64,000 bases of DNA. It comes from Bacteroidales bacterium (GTDB taxonomy: Bacteria > Bacteroidota > Bacteroidia > Bacteroidales > F082). Shown piece after piece: positions 54,966 through 64,000 of this stretch. The stretch lies in NCBI GenBank assembly GCA_017548125.1, contig JAFYNK010000079.1:20180-84179 (forward strand), read 5' to 3'. The notes beneath the pieces are model-generated. The model saw only the letters and a list, made by a program, of their open reading frames with translations. It ran no database searches and was not told where the DNA came from. The translations under genes were made by a program, and so were the position numbers. Position 1 is the stretch's first letter. Every line of letters begins with the position of its first letter.

Positions 54966-55886
54966 ATGTCTATTTCACTTAAAGATCGTAGCTTAATTTC
55001 TATTTACGACTACACACCAGAAGAAATTTGTCATATTCTTGACATAGCAGAAGACTTTGAAAACAACCGTCTTCAAAATCTGTTAAATGGTAGAGTCATT
55101 GCATCTTTATTCTTTGAGCCTTCAACAAGAACAAGACTCAGTTTTGAAACAGCCATTCAACTTTTAGGAGGAAATGTTATTGGTTTCAGCAGCACAGCAG
55201 GAACAAGTCTTTCAAAAGGAGAATCATTAAAAGACACTATCATGATGGTTTCCAGTTATGCAGACCTCATCGTTATGCGTAACCCTGTCGATGGTTCAGC
55301 TCGTTATGCATCTGAAGTTTCAAAAGTTCCTATCATCAATGCTGGCGACGGTGCTAACCAACACCCTACACAATGCCTCCTCGATCTTTATTCAATCAGA
55401 AAGACACAAGGCACTCTTGAAAACCTTGAAATCACAATGGTTGGTGACTTAAAATACGGACGTACAGTTCATAGCTTAGTACAAGCCATGTGTAATTTCA
55501 AAGCCAAATTCAACTTTGTATCTCCTGTTGAATTGAAAATGCCTTCAACAGTTATTCAATACATTAAAGACGCTGGCCTTGAATATACAGAATACACAGA
55601 ACTTAATGATGTCATTCCACACTCAGACATTATTTACATGACAAGAGTTCAACGTGAACGTTTCCCAGATCCATTGGAATACGAAAAAGTTAAGAACTCA
55701 TATATTTTACGTAACGAGATGCTTGAAAATTCTAAGCCTAATTGTCGTATCCTCCACCCACTACCACGTGTTAACGAGATTCATACCGACGTTGATGAAA
55801 ATCCTAAAGCTTACTATTTCCAACAAGCTCAAAACGGATTATTTGTTCGCCAAGCTTTGATAGCTGCAATACTTGGTCTTAAATAA
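54966..55886 (+). CDS. pyrB: aspartate carbamoyltransferase catalytic subunit
   Basis: 306 aa. [23 protein letters not shown]. Confidence 0.95.
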   Translation: MSISLKDRSLISIYDYTPEEICHILDIAEDFENNRLQNLLNGRVIASLFFEPSTRTRLSFETAIQLLGGNVIGFSSTAGTSLSKGESLKDTIMMVSSYADLIVMRNPVDGSARYASEVSKVPIINAGDGANQHPTQCLLDLYSIRKTQGTLENLEITMVGDLKYGRTVHSLVQAMCNFKAKFNFVSPVELKMPSTVIQYIKDAGLEYTEYTELNDVIPHSDIIYMTRVQRERFPDPLEYEKVKNSYILRNEMLENSKPNCRILHPLPRVNEIHTDVDENPKAYYFQQAQNGLFVRQALIAAILGLK

Positions 55887-55917
55887 TAATATTTTTAACA
55901 ATTAGACTTTAATTATC

Positions 55918-56379
55918 ATGGATAAAAGAAAAGAACTTATAGTATCTGCAATTGAAAACGGAACTGTTATCGACCATATTCCTGCAGACAAAGTATTCGA
56001 AGTAATAAAAATATTGGGCCTTGAACATTCAAAGAACTCTGTCTATTTCGGAACAAATTTAGACAGCAAAAAGTATGGCAAGAAAGGCATCATCAAAATC
56101 AGCGAAAAATACTTCGAACCAGAAGACATCAACAAGATTGCTTTAGTTGCTCCAACAGCGTCACTTATCGAGATTAAAGACTTTGAAGTTGTTAAAAAAC
56201 AAAGCATTGAAATTCCTAATCATATTGAAAGTTTTGTTAAATGCTTCAATCCTAATTGCGTAACAAATAAAGAAAGCGTTCCTACAAAATTCAAAGTCGT
56301 CAAGGAAGAAGGCAAGATAAAATTAAAATGCCACTATTGCGAAAAATACACAAGACAGAATAACATTGAGTTTATATAA
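55918..56379 (+). CDS. pyrI: aspartate carbamoyltransferase regulatory subunit
   Basis: 153 aa. IENGTVIDHI and the C-terminal zinc domain CxNxNC...CxYC (CFNPNCVTN...CHYCEK). Confidence 0.95.
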   Translation: MDKRKELIVSAIENGTVIDHIPADKVFEVIKILGLEHSKNSVYFGTNLDSKKYGKKGIIKISEKYFEPEDINKIALVAPTASLIEIKDFEVVKKQSIEIPNHIESFVKCFNPNCVTNKESVPTKFKVVKEEGKIKLKCHYCEKYTRQNNIEFI

Positions 56380-56382
56380 TAG

Positions 56383-56411
56383 AAAAAAGCTGGCAAAAGC
56401 CAGCTTTTTTT
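56383..56411. terminator. bidirectional terminator shared by pyrI and the DUF3467 gene
   Basis: A6-gctggc-aaaa-gccagc-T7. Confidence 0.8.
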
Positions 56412-56724
56412 ATGCCTGAGCTGCAGGTCCTCCCATTGTAAATGGAGGCAGCTTTTCATTAACATCCTTTATAGGACCATGTGTTGACTCATATTTATTA
56501 ATATTTTCCGCCAAAGCTTTGTATAATCTTTTTGCATTTTGTGGTGTCAAAATGATTCTTGATTTAACCTTAGCTTTTGGTGATGCTGGCATTAATTTAA
56601 TAAAATCAACGACGAATTCCATTGGGGAATGTGATATTATTGCAAGATTTGAATAGATACCTTCTGCAATTTCATCAGTTAATTCAATATTAATCTGATT
56701 CTTGTTATTATTGTTATTTTCCAT
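56410..56724 (-). CDS. DUF3467 domain-containing protein
   Basis: 104 aa. GIYSNLAIISHSPMEFVVDF motif. Conserved position directly downstream of rpoC in Bacteroidota, as I recall. Confidence 0.7.
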   Translation of the reverse strand: MENNNNNKNQINIELTDEIAEGIYSNLAIISHSPMEFVVDFIKLMPASPKAKVKSRIILTPQNAKRLYKALAENINKYESTHGPIKDVNEKLPPFTMGGPAAQA

Positions 56725-56770
56725 GATAGATTATTTAAATTTTCTTTACAAAGATAACAATTTTACGCAT

Positions 56771-56808
56771 AAAAAAATAGGTCAGCTATAAAAACTGACC
56801 TATTTTTT
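56771..56808. terminator. terminator after rpoC (hairpin flanked by an A-run and a T-run)
   Basis: ataggtcag / ctgacctat 9-bp stem. The A7 on the plus strand gives a U-tail on the minus-strand transcript. Confidence 0.75.
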
Positions 56809-56821
56809 AACGTATCAAGAA

Positions 56822-59800
56822 TTACTCTGTTACGACAAAGTTTTCTTTTTCAATATTAGTTATTGGTTCATAATCCTCACGATCGCCGACGATTAAGTCG
56901 TTGTATTCGCGCAAACCTGTACCAGCAGGAATCTTATGACCAACAATAACATTTTCTTTCATACCTTCAAGAGTGTCTGATTTAGCGTTGATAGCAGCCA
57001 ATGTCAAGACTTTTGTTGTTTCTTGGAAGGATGCTGCAGAGATGAAGCTTTCTGTTTGAAGAGCTGCTCTTGTAATACCTTGAAGCACTTGGTGTGCTGT
57101 TGCTGGTTGAGCGTCGCGAGCTTCAACGAGTTTCTTGTCTCTACGTTTCAACGCTGAATTTTCGTCACGGAGTTTTCTTACAGTAATCATTTGACCTTCT
57201 GTAAGATTTTCTGAATCACCGTGGTCTGTTACGATAACTTTACCAAAGATTTCATCGTTACATTCTTGGAAAGTAAGCTTGTTAACGAGTTCACCTTCAA
57301 GGAAGCGTGTATCACCTGGATCATCAATTTCAACCTTACGCATCATTTGACGTACGATAACTTCAAAGTGTTTTCCGTTGATTGTTACACCTTGTGAACG
57401 ATAAACTTCTTGAATTTCATTAACGATAAATTCTTGAACTTTCATAGGACCTTCGATAGCGAGGATATTGGCAGGAGTGATAGCACCGTCTGACAATGGT
57501 TGACCTGCTTTCATGAAGTCGTTTTCTTGAGCAAGAATTTGCTTTGATGTAGGGATGAGATAACTCTTTTGTTCACCTGTTTTTGAAGTGATAACGACCT
57601 TACGATTACCACGAACGAGTTTCTTTTCAAATGAAACAACACCGTCGATTTCTGATACGACTGCTGGCTCAGATGAGTTACGAGCTTCGAACAATTCAGT
57701 AACACGTGGAAGACCACCAGTGATGTCACCCAACTTACCAGTTGCGCGAGGGATCTTAACGAGCATATCACCAGCCTTAACTTTTACGCCATCTTCTACC
57801 ATGATGTGAGCGCCGACAGGTAAGTCGTATGACTTGATAACGTCGCCGTGTTTATCAACGATAGAGATTGAAGGGTTCTTAGAATATTTACGTCCTTCTA
57901 TGATAACGCGTTCGTTGTAACCAGTTTGTTCGTCTGACTCATTACGGAATGTAACACCTTCAACGATATTTTCATATTGTACTTTACCTGAATATTCAGA
58001 AAGTATCAATGCGTTGTATGGGTCCCATTCGCAGATGAGGTCACCTGGATTAACTTCTGTATTAGGTTTAATATAGAGTTTTGAACCGTAGCGGATGTTT
58101 GCTGTTGTAAGAGCAACGCCAGTTTTCTTGTCGATAATCTTCATTTCAGCAGAACGACCTACTACTACTTGGTATTCTTTATTTGTACCTGTTAATGGAT
58201 CAACAGAATCTTCTTTGTAATCAACAACACGGAGTTCGTCGATTTCGAGGATACCATTGTATTTAGCTTTGATTGATGAATCGTCTGATGTTGTTGAAGC
58301 TGTACCACCTTGGTGGAAAGTACGCAATGTCAACTGTGTACCAGGTTCACCGATTGATTGAGCTGCGATAACACCAACAGCTTCACCTCTTTGAACGAGC
58401 TTACCTGAAGAAAGGTTACGTCCATAACAATTAGCACAAACACCGCGTTTTGATTCGCAAGTCAATACGGAACGAATTTCAACGCTTTCGATTGGAGAAT
58501 CTGTAATCTTCTTAGCGATGTCTTCTGTAATTTCTTGACCGCCGTTGATGATTAACTCGCCTGTTTGTGGGTGATAGATGTCATGCAAAGCAACACGACC
58601 TAAGATTCTGTCATAGAGTGATTCAATAATTTCGTCACCTCTACGCAATGCACTAATTGTCAAGCCACGAAGAGTACCGCAGTCCTTTTCATTGATGATA
58701 ACATCGTGTGCAACGTCAACGAGACGACGTGTCAAGTAACCAGCGTCAGCAGTTTTCAACGCGGTATCAGCAAGACCCTTACGAGCACCGTGAGTTGAGA
58801 TAAAGTACTCAAGAACAGAAAGACCTTCTTTGAAGTTTGACAAAATAGGGTTTTCGATAATTTCAGCGCCACCAGCTGCAGAGGATTTTTGTGGTTTTGC
58901 CATAAGACCTCTCATACCGCAGAGCTGACGAATCTGTTCTTTAGAACCACGAGCACCTGAATCCAACATCATATAGACAGGATTGAAGCCTTGGTCATCT
59001 TTTGGAAGGAGTGTCATAACTTCATCTGTCAATTTAGTTACAACGTGACCCCAAATGTCGATAATCTTGTTGTAACGTTCATTAGAAGTAATGAAACCCA
59101 TATTATATTCTTCACGGATAGCAGCAACTTCTTCGTTAGCTTCTTGGATCAATTCTTCTTTTACAGAAGGAACCAAGACGTTGCCTAAGTTAAATGAGAG
59201 ACAGCCTCTGAAAGCCATTTCGTAACCCATATTCTTGATAGCATCCAAGAATTTAGTTGTTGTAGCTGTACCGAGAAGTTTCACCATTGTTCCAATGATA
59301 TCACGTAAAGCTTTCTTATTTAACAATTTATTGATGAATCCGAATTCTTTTGGAACTACCTCATTGAAAAGAACGCGACCAACTGTTGTTTCTATCTTTT
59401 CATTTACTATAGTACCATCTTCTTTGCGAACATCAACGCGAACATAGATAATGGCGTGCATATCCACTTTTTGTTCATTATAAGCGATGATAACTTCTTC
59501 TGGAGAATAGAATGTTTTACCTTCGCCTTTAACTGGATGTTCTGGAGTGCTCTTACGAGGTTTTGTAATATAGTACAAACCGAGAACCATGTCTTGTGAA
59601 GGCACTGTAATAGGAGCACCGTTAGCTGGATTCAAAATATTGTGTGAAGCCAACATTAAAATTTGAGCTTCGAGAACAGCTGCATTACCGAGTGGCAAGT
59701 GTACAGCCATTTGGTCACCGTCGAAGTCAGCGTTGAAAGCTGTACATACGAGTGGGTGAAGACGTATAGCTTTTCCTTCAACGAGTTTTGGTTGGAAAGC

Positions 59801-61144
59801 CTGAATACCGAGACGGTGCAATGTAGGAGCACGGTTCAACAATATTGGATGGCCTTTCAATACGTTTTCAAGAATGTCCCATACGACAGGGTCCTTGCGG
59901 TCAACAATCTTCTTAGCAGATTTAACAGTCTTAACAATGCCGCGTTCAATCATCTTACGGATGATGAATGGTTTGTAGAGTTCTGCTGCCATATCTTTTG
60001 GAAGACCACATTCGTGCATATCGAGTTCTGGACCAACAACGATAACGGAACGACCAGAATAGTCAACACGTTTACCGAGCAAGTTCTGACGGAAACGTCC
60101 TTGTTTACCTTTCAAGCTATCGCTCAAAGATTTAAGTGGACGATTTGAATCTGTCTTAACTGCACTTGATTTACGTGAGTTGTCTAACAATGAGTCAACA
60201 GCTTCTTGAAGCATACGTTTTTCGTTACGCATGATTACATCTGGAGCCTTGATTTCAATAAGACGTTTAAGACGATTGTTACGGATGATAACACGACGAT
60301 ATAAGTCGTTCAAGTCTGAAGTTGCGAAACGACCACCATCAAGAGCAACCAAAGGTCTCAATTCTGGAGGTGTAACAGGTATGACTTTCAAGATCATCCA
60401 TTCTGGACGGTTTTCTATACGTTTTTGAGCATCGCGGAATGCTTCAAACACTTGAAGACGTTTGAGAGCATCTTGTTTACGTTGCTGTGCTTTTTCTTTA
60501 CTTGCTCTATCACGGAGTTCATAAGACATTTTGTCTAAATCGAGACGTGACAACAAGTCATAAACTGCCTCAGCACCCATCTTAGCGATGAATTTATTTG
60601 GATCATCTTCCGGCAAGTATTGATTTTCGATTGGAAGAGATTCCATTATATCGAGATATTCTTCTTCTGTAAGGAAGTCGAGGTAATTGATACCGTCTTG
60701 TTCTTTGACACCTGGTTGGATAACCACATAACGTTCATAATATATGATGCTATCCAACTTTTTAGCTTGCATACCGAGCAATGCTCCTATTTTATTAGGA
60801 AGAGAACGGAAATACCAAATATGAGCTACAGGAACAACCAATTTAATGTGACCTGTACGTTCACGTCTGACCTTTTTCTCTGTAATCTCGACACCGCAAC
60901 GGTCGCAGACGATGTTTTTATAACGGATACGTTTATATTTTCCGCAATGACATTCCCAGTCTTTTACCGGTCCGAATATTCTTTCGCAGAACAAACCATC
61001 ACGTTCTGGTTTGTAGGTACGATAGTTAATTGTCTCTGGTTTAAGAACTTCACCAAAGGAGCGTTCTTCTATAGACTCAGGTGAAGCAAGACTAATTGTA
61101 ATCTTGGAAAAGTTGCTATTTATTGTGTTCTTACTTAAAGCCAT
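56822..61144 (-). CDS. rpoC: DNA-directed RNA polymerase subunit beta'
   Basis: 1440 aa. Zn-binding CHCGKY...CDRCGVE, the NADFDGDQM active site, and trigger loop/bridge helix regions. Confidence 0.98.
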   Translation of the reverse strand: MALSKNTINSNFSKITISLASPESIEERSFGEVLKPETINYRTYKPERDGLFCERIFGPVKDWECHCGKYKRIRYKNIVCDRCGVEITEKKVRRERTGHIKLVVPVAHIWYFRSLPNKIGALLGMQAKKLDSIIYYERYVVIQPGVKEQDGINYLDFLTEEEYLDIMESLPIENQYLPEDDPNKFIAKMGAEAVYDLLSRLDLDKMSYELRDRASKEKAQQRKQDALKRLQVFEAFRDAQKRIENRPEWMILKVIPVTPPELRPLVALDGGRFATSDLNDLYRRVIIRNNRLKRLIEIKAPDVIMRNEKRMLQEAVDSLLDNSRKSSAVKTDSNRPLKSLSDSLKGKQGRFRQNLLGKRVDYSGRSVIVVGPELDMHECGLPKDMAAELYKPFIIRKMIERGIVKTVKSAKKIVDRKDPVVWDILENVLKGHPILLNRAPTLHRLGIQAFQPKLVEGKAIRLHPLVCTAFNADFDGDQMAVHLPLGNAAVLEAQILMLASHNILNPANGAPITVPSQDMVLGLYYITKPRKSTPEHPVKGEGKTFYSPEEVIIAYNEQKVDMHAIIYVRVDVRKEDGTIVNEKIETTVGRVLFNEVVPKEFGFINKLLNKKALRDIIGTMVKLLGTATTTKFLDAIKNMGYEMAFRGCLSFNLGNVLVPSVKEELIQEANEEVAAIREEYNMGFITSNERYNKIIDIWGHVVTKLTDEVMTLLPKDDQGFNPVYMMLDSGARGSKEQIRQLCGMRGLMAKPQKSSAAGGAEIIENPILSNFKEGLSVLEYFISTHGARKGLADTALKTADAGYLTRRLVDVAHDVIINEKDCGTLRGLTISALRRGDEIIESLYDRILGRVALHDIYHPQTGELIINGGQEITEDIAKKITDSPIESVEIRSVLTCESKRGVCANCYGRNLSSGKLVQRGEAVGVIAAQSIGEPGTQLTLRTFHQGGTASTTSDDSSIKAKYNGILEIDELRVVDYKEDSVDPLTGTNKEYQVVVGRSAEMKIIDKKTGVALTTANIRYGSKLYIKPNTEVNPGDLICEWDPYNALILSEYSGKVQYENIVEGVTFRNESDEQTGYNERVIIEGRKYSKNPSISIVDKHGDVIKSYDLPVGAHIMVEDGVKVKAGDMLVKIPRATGKLGDITGGLPRVTELFEARNSSEPAVVSEIDGVVSFEKKLVRGNRKVVITSKTGEQKSYLIPTSKQILAQENDFMKAGQPLSDGAITPANILAIEGPMKVQEFIVNEIQEVYRSQGVTINGKHFEVIVRQMMRKVEIDDPGDTRFLEGELVNKLTFQECNDEIFGKVIVTDHGDSENLTEGQMITVRKLRDENSALKRRDKKLVEARDAQPATAHQVLQGITRAALQTESFISAASFQETTKVLTLAAINAKSDTLEGMKENVIVGHKIPAGTGLREYNDLIVGDREDYEPITNIEKENFVVTE

Positions 61145-61171
61145 ATATGAGGTTAATATTATAGAACATTA

Positions 61172-64000
61172 TTATTCAAACGTAATTTCAAGTCCGAGTC
61201 CACGTAATTCATGGATTAAAACATTGAATGATTCTGGGATACCCGGTGTAGGCATGCTTTCGCCTTTAACGATAGCTTCGTAGGCTTTAGCTCTTCCGTT
61301 CACATCGTCAGATTTAACAGTCAATATTTCTTGTAAAATGTTACTTGCTCCGAATGCTTCGAGAGCCCAAACTTCCATTTCTCCGAAACGCTGACCACCA
61401 AATTGTGCTTTACCGCCTAATGGTTGTTGGGTAATCATAGAGTATGGTCCTATTGAACGAGCGTGCATCTTATCGTCAACCATATGGTGTAACTTAAGCA
61501 TGTAGATATAACCTACTGTTGCCTTTTGGTCAAACGGTGTACCTGTACCGCCATCATAAAGTTGAACGCTACCATTTTCTGGAAGACCAGCTTGCTTCAT
61601 ATAGTCATTGATTTGTTCTAATGTAGCACCATCGAAAATTGGTGTAGCGAATTTAACGCCAAGTTTCTTGCCTGCCCATCCTAAAACAGTCTCGTAGATC
61701 TGTCCCAAGTTCATACGTGAAGGCACACCAAGAGGATTCAATACTATATCAACAGGTGTTCCGTCTGCAAGGAATGGCATATCTTCATCGCGAACAATTC
61801 TTGATACGATACCCTTGTTACCGTGACGACCAGACATCTTATCACCAATGTTGAGTTTACGTTTCTGTGCAACATAAACCTTAGCCATTTGAACTATACC
61901 GTTTGGCAACTCATCACCAACACTTGCAACGTTCTTTTTACGACTATATACACCAAGAATTTCTTTGCATCTCATATTATAATTGTTGATTGTCCTAACG
62001 ATCATATCGTTAAGCTCTGCATCTGTAGTCCATCTGTATGGATTAACAGTCATATAGTCAAGATTCAACAACGCTTTATGTGAGAACTTAATCTTCTTAG
62101 GTATAACAACCTCTTTGAAATTATTTTGAACGCCCAAAGATGTTCTTCCTGCGAGGAGGCTCATCAATTTCTCGATAAGTCTTTCTTTGAGAGCGTCAAT
62201 TTCACGATTGCATTCGAAATCTATTTCTGCAATAATATCTCTATCTTTTGCCTTAGATTTGCGATCTTTTATTACGCGTGAGAACAAACGTTTTCCAATA
62301 ACAACACCCTTCATTGATGGACCAGCTTTGAGTGATGCATTCTTAACATCACCAGCTTTGTCACCGAAGATTGCACGCAACAATTTCTCTTCTGGTGTTG
62401 GATCTGTCTCACCCTTAGGGGTAATCTTACCAATTAATATATCACCTTCTGTTACTTCAGCACCTACACGGATAAGACCATTTTCGTCCAAATCTTTTGT
62501 AGCTTCTGCACTAACATTAGGGATATCGTTTGTCAACTCTTCAAGTCCGCGTTTAGTGTCACGTACTTCAAGAGTAAATTCTTCTATATGTATTGATGTG
62601 AATAAGTCTTCTCTAACAATACGCTCTGAAATAACGATAGCATCCTCATAATTATAACCTTTCCATGGCATGAATGCAACCATCAAGTTACGTCCGAGTG
62701 CTAAATCGCCACCTTGTGTAGCATAACCTTCTGTAAGGATTTGACCCTTAGTAACTTTTTGACCTTTCTTAACGATTGGCTTTTGGTTAATGCTTGTGCT
62801 TTGGTTTGTTCTAGCGTATTTAATTAAATTATATGTTTTTTCATCACCATCAAAGCTGACGAGTCTATCTTTGTCTGTTCTCTCGTATCTGACAACGATC
62901 TTTGTTGAATCAACAAATACAACTTCGCCATCACCTTCTGCTTCAACTATTGTACGTGAATCTCTTGCAACATAACGTTCAATACCTGTACCAACGATAG
63001 GTGCTTCTGGATTCATCAAAGGCACAGCCTGACGCATCATGTTAGAACCCATCAACGCACGGTTAGCGTCATCGTGCTCAAGGAACGGAATCAATGATGC
63101 AGCAATAGATGAAATTTGGTTAGGTGCAACATCAATAAGGTCAATTTCCTGTGGTGTAACGATAGGATAGTCGGCAACATAACGTACTTTTATCATGTCT
63201 TCTGTCAACTTACCATTATCGTCCATTGATGTACATGCTTGTGCGATGATTTTTTCTTCTTCCTCTTCTGCTGTGAGATATACTGGAGGATTTTCAAAAT
63301 CAACTACACCATCCACTACCTTTCTATAAGGTGTTTCAATGAAACCTAAATTATTGATTTTTGCGAATACGCAAAGTGATGAAATAAGACCAATGTTTGG
63401 ACCTTCAGGTGTTTCGATTGTACAAAGACGACCATAGTGTGTGTAGTGAACGTCACGAACCTCGAAACCTGCACGATCACGTGACAAACCACCAGGACCT
63501 AAAGCTGAAATACGACGTTTGTGTGTAACTTCAGACAATGGGTTTGTCTGGTCCATGAATTGTGACAATTGGTTTGTTCCAAAGAAAGAATTGATAACAG
63601 ATGACAATGTTTTGGCATTGATAAGTTCTGTTGGTGTGAAAACTTCGTTATCACGTACATTCATTCTTTCTCTAATTGTACGAGCCATACGTGCTAAACC
63701 TACGCCGAACTGTCCGTATAATTGTTCACCAACAGTTCTGATACGACGGTTGCTCAAGTGGTCGATATCATCAACTTCAGCTTTGCTATTTGATAAATTG
63801 ATTAAATATTTGATAATAGCAATAACATCCTCTTTTGTAAGGACTTTAACGTCAGATGGGATATCAAGACCTAATTTACGGTTGATGCGGTAACGACCTA
63901 CATCACCTAAGTCGTAACGTTTGTCTGAGAAGAACAATTTCTCAATAATTCCACGAGCTGTTTCTTCATCTGGTGGTTCTGCGTTACGTAGTTGTCTGTA
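61172..64000 (-). CDS. rpoB: DNA-directed RNA polymerase subunit beta, C-terminal ~940 aa (N-terminus beyond the window end)
   Basis: The frame stays open to position 64000. The Met at 63937 in the track is internal. Contains [20 protein letters not shown], and the C-terminal [15 protein letters not shown]. Confidence 0.97.
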   Translation of the reverse strand, partial: YRQLRNAEPPDEETARGIIEKLFFSDKRYDLGDVGRYRINRKLGLDIPSDVKVLTKEDVIAIIKYLINLSNSKAEVDDIDHLSNRRIRTVGEQLYGQFGVGLARMARTIRERMNVRDNEVFTPTELINAKTLSSVINSFFGTNQLSQFMDQTNPLSEVTHKRRISALGPGGLSRDRAGFEVRDVHYTHYGRLCTIETPEGPNIGLISSLCVFAKINNLGFIETPYRKVVDGVVDFENPPVYLTAEEEEEKIIAQACTSMDDNGKLTEDMIKVRYVADYPIVTPQEIDLIDVAPNQISSIAASLIPFLEHDDANRALMGSNMMRQAVPLMNPEAPIVGTGIERYVARDSRTIVEAEGDGEVVFVDSTKIVVRYERTDKDRLVSFDGDEKTYNLIKYARTNQSTSINQKPIVKKGQKVTKGQILTEGYATQGGDLALGRNLMVAFMPWKGYNYEDAIVISERIVREDLFTSIHIEEFTLEVRDTKRGLEELTNDIPNVSAEATKDLDENGLIRVGAEVTEGDILIGKITPKGETDPTPEEKLLRAIFGDKAGDVKNASLKAGPSMKGVVIGKRLFSRVIKDRKSKAKDRDIIAEIDFECNREIDALKERLIEKLMSLLAGRTSLGVQNNFKEVVIPKKIKFSHKALLNLDYMTVNPYRWTTDAELNDMIVRTINNYNMRCKEILGVYSRKKNVASVGDELPNGIVQMAKVYVAQKRKLNIGDKMSGRHGNKGIVSRIVRDEDMPFLADGTPVDIVLNPLGVPSRMNLGQIYETVLGWAGKKLGVKFATPIFDGATLEQINDYMKQAGLPENGSVQLYDGGTGTPFDQKATVGYIYMLKLHHMVDDKMHARSIGPYSMITQQPLGGKAQFGGQRFGEMEVWALEAFGASNILQEILTVKSDDVNGRAKAYEAIVKGESMPTPGIPESFNVLIHELRGLGLEITFE

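Noticed and set aside
59663-62651. Several 150-160-aa plus-strand ORFs opposite rpoC and rpoB
   Set aside because: They are antisense to the most conserved genes in the window, and no independent signals support them.

Overview
This 64-kb segment reads as a Bacteroidota chromosome (Bacteroidales-like, AT-rich). TAnnTTTG -7 boxes precede most operons. Several proteins end in T9SS type-A C-terminal sorting domains. The conserved blocks bamD-rpoZ-coaBC-DUF4835-recN and rpoB-rpoC-DUF3467 are present. I call about 55 protein genes, mostly housekeeping: folD, ffh, yggS, recN, coaBC, dapA, rsmE, argS, pyrBI, rpoBC, an ADP-forming acyl-CoA synthetase, and a Ser-type sulfatase with its radical-SAM maturase. 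I recognised no rRNA, tRNA, CRISPR array, transposase or integrase. Four things stand out. (1) At 44.1-54.7 kb, between argS and pyrBI, a five-gene operon with 12-18 nt spacers links two T9SS-sorted proteins, a fibre-like protein and a lipoprotein to a 2138-aa SpvB/FG-GAP/Rhs (fused TcB-TcC-like) toxin shell. Its 290-aa C-terminal payload is unassigned and no immunity gene follows. This is my best candidate for an undescribed system. (2) At 5.2-9.3 kb, a three-gene membrane operon is built around a bacterial calpain-like (C2) cysteine peptidase. (3) At 17.0-20.0 kb, an AT-rich islet carries a DUF1016/YhcG nuclease, a repeat-bearing membrane protein, and a TacT-like GNAT toxin preceded by an unannotated 50-aa ORF. 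(4) Smaller signals include tandem octamer arrays in two promoters, a pyrBI leader that looks like a UTP-type attenuator, a DAK2-DegV fusion in a lipid-handling neighbourhood, and orphan structured intergenic elements. All calls come from reading the translations and DNA by eye. No database search was run.
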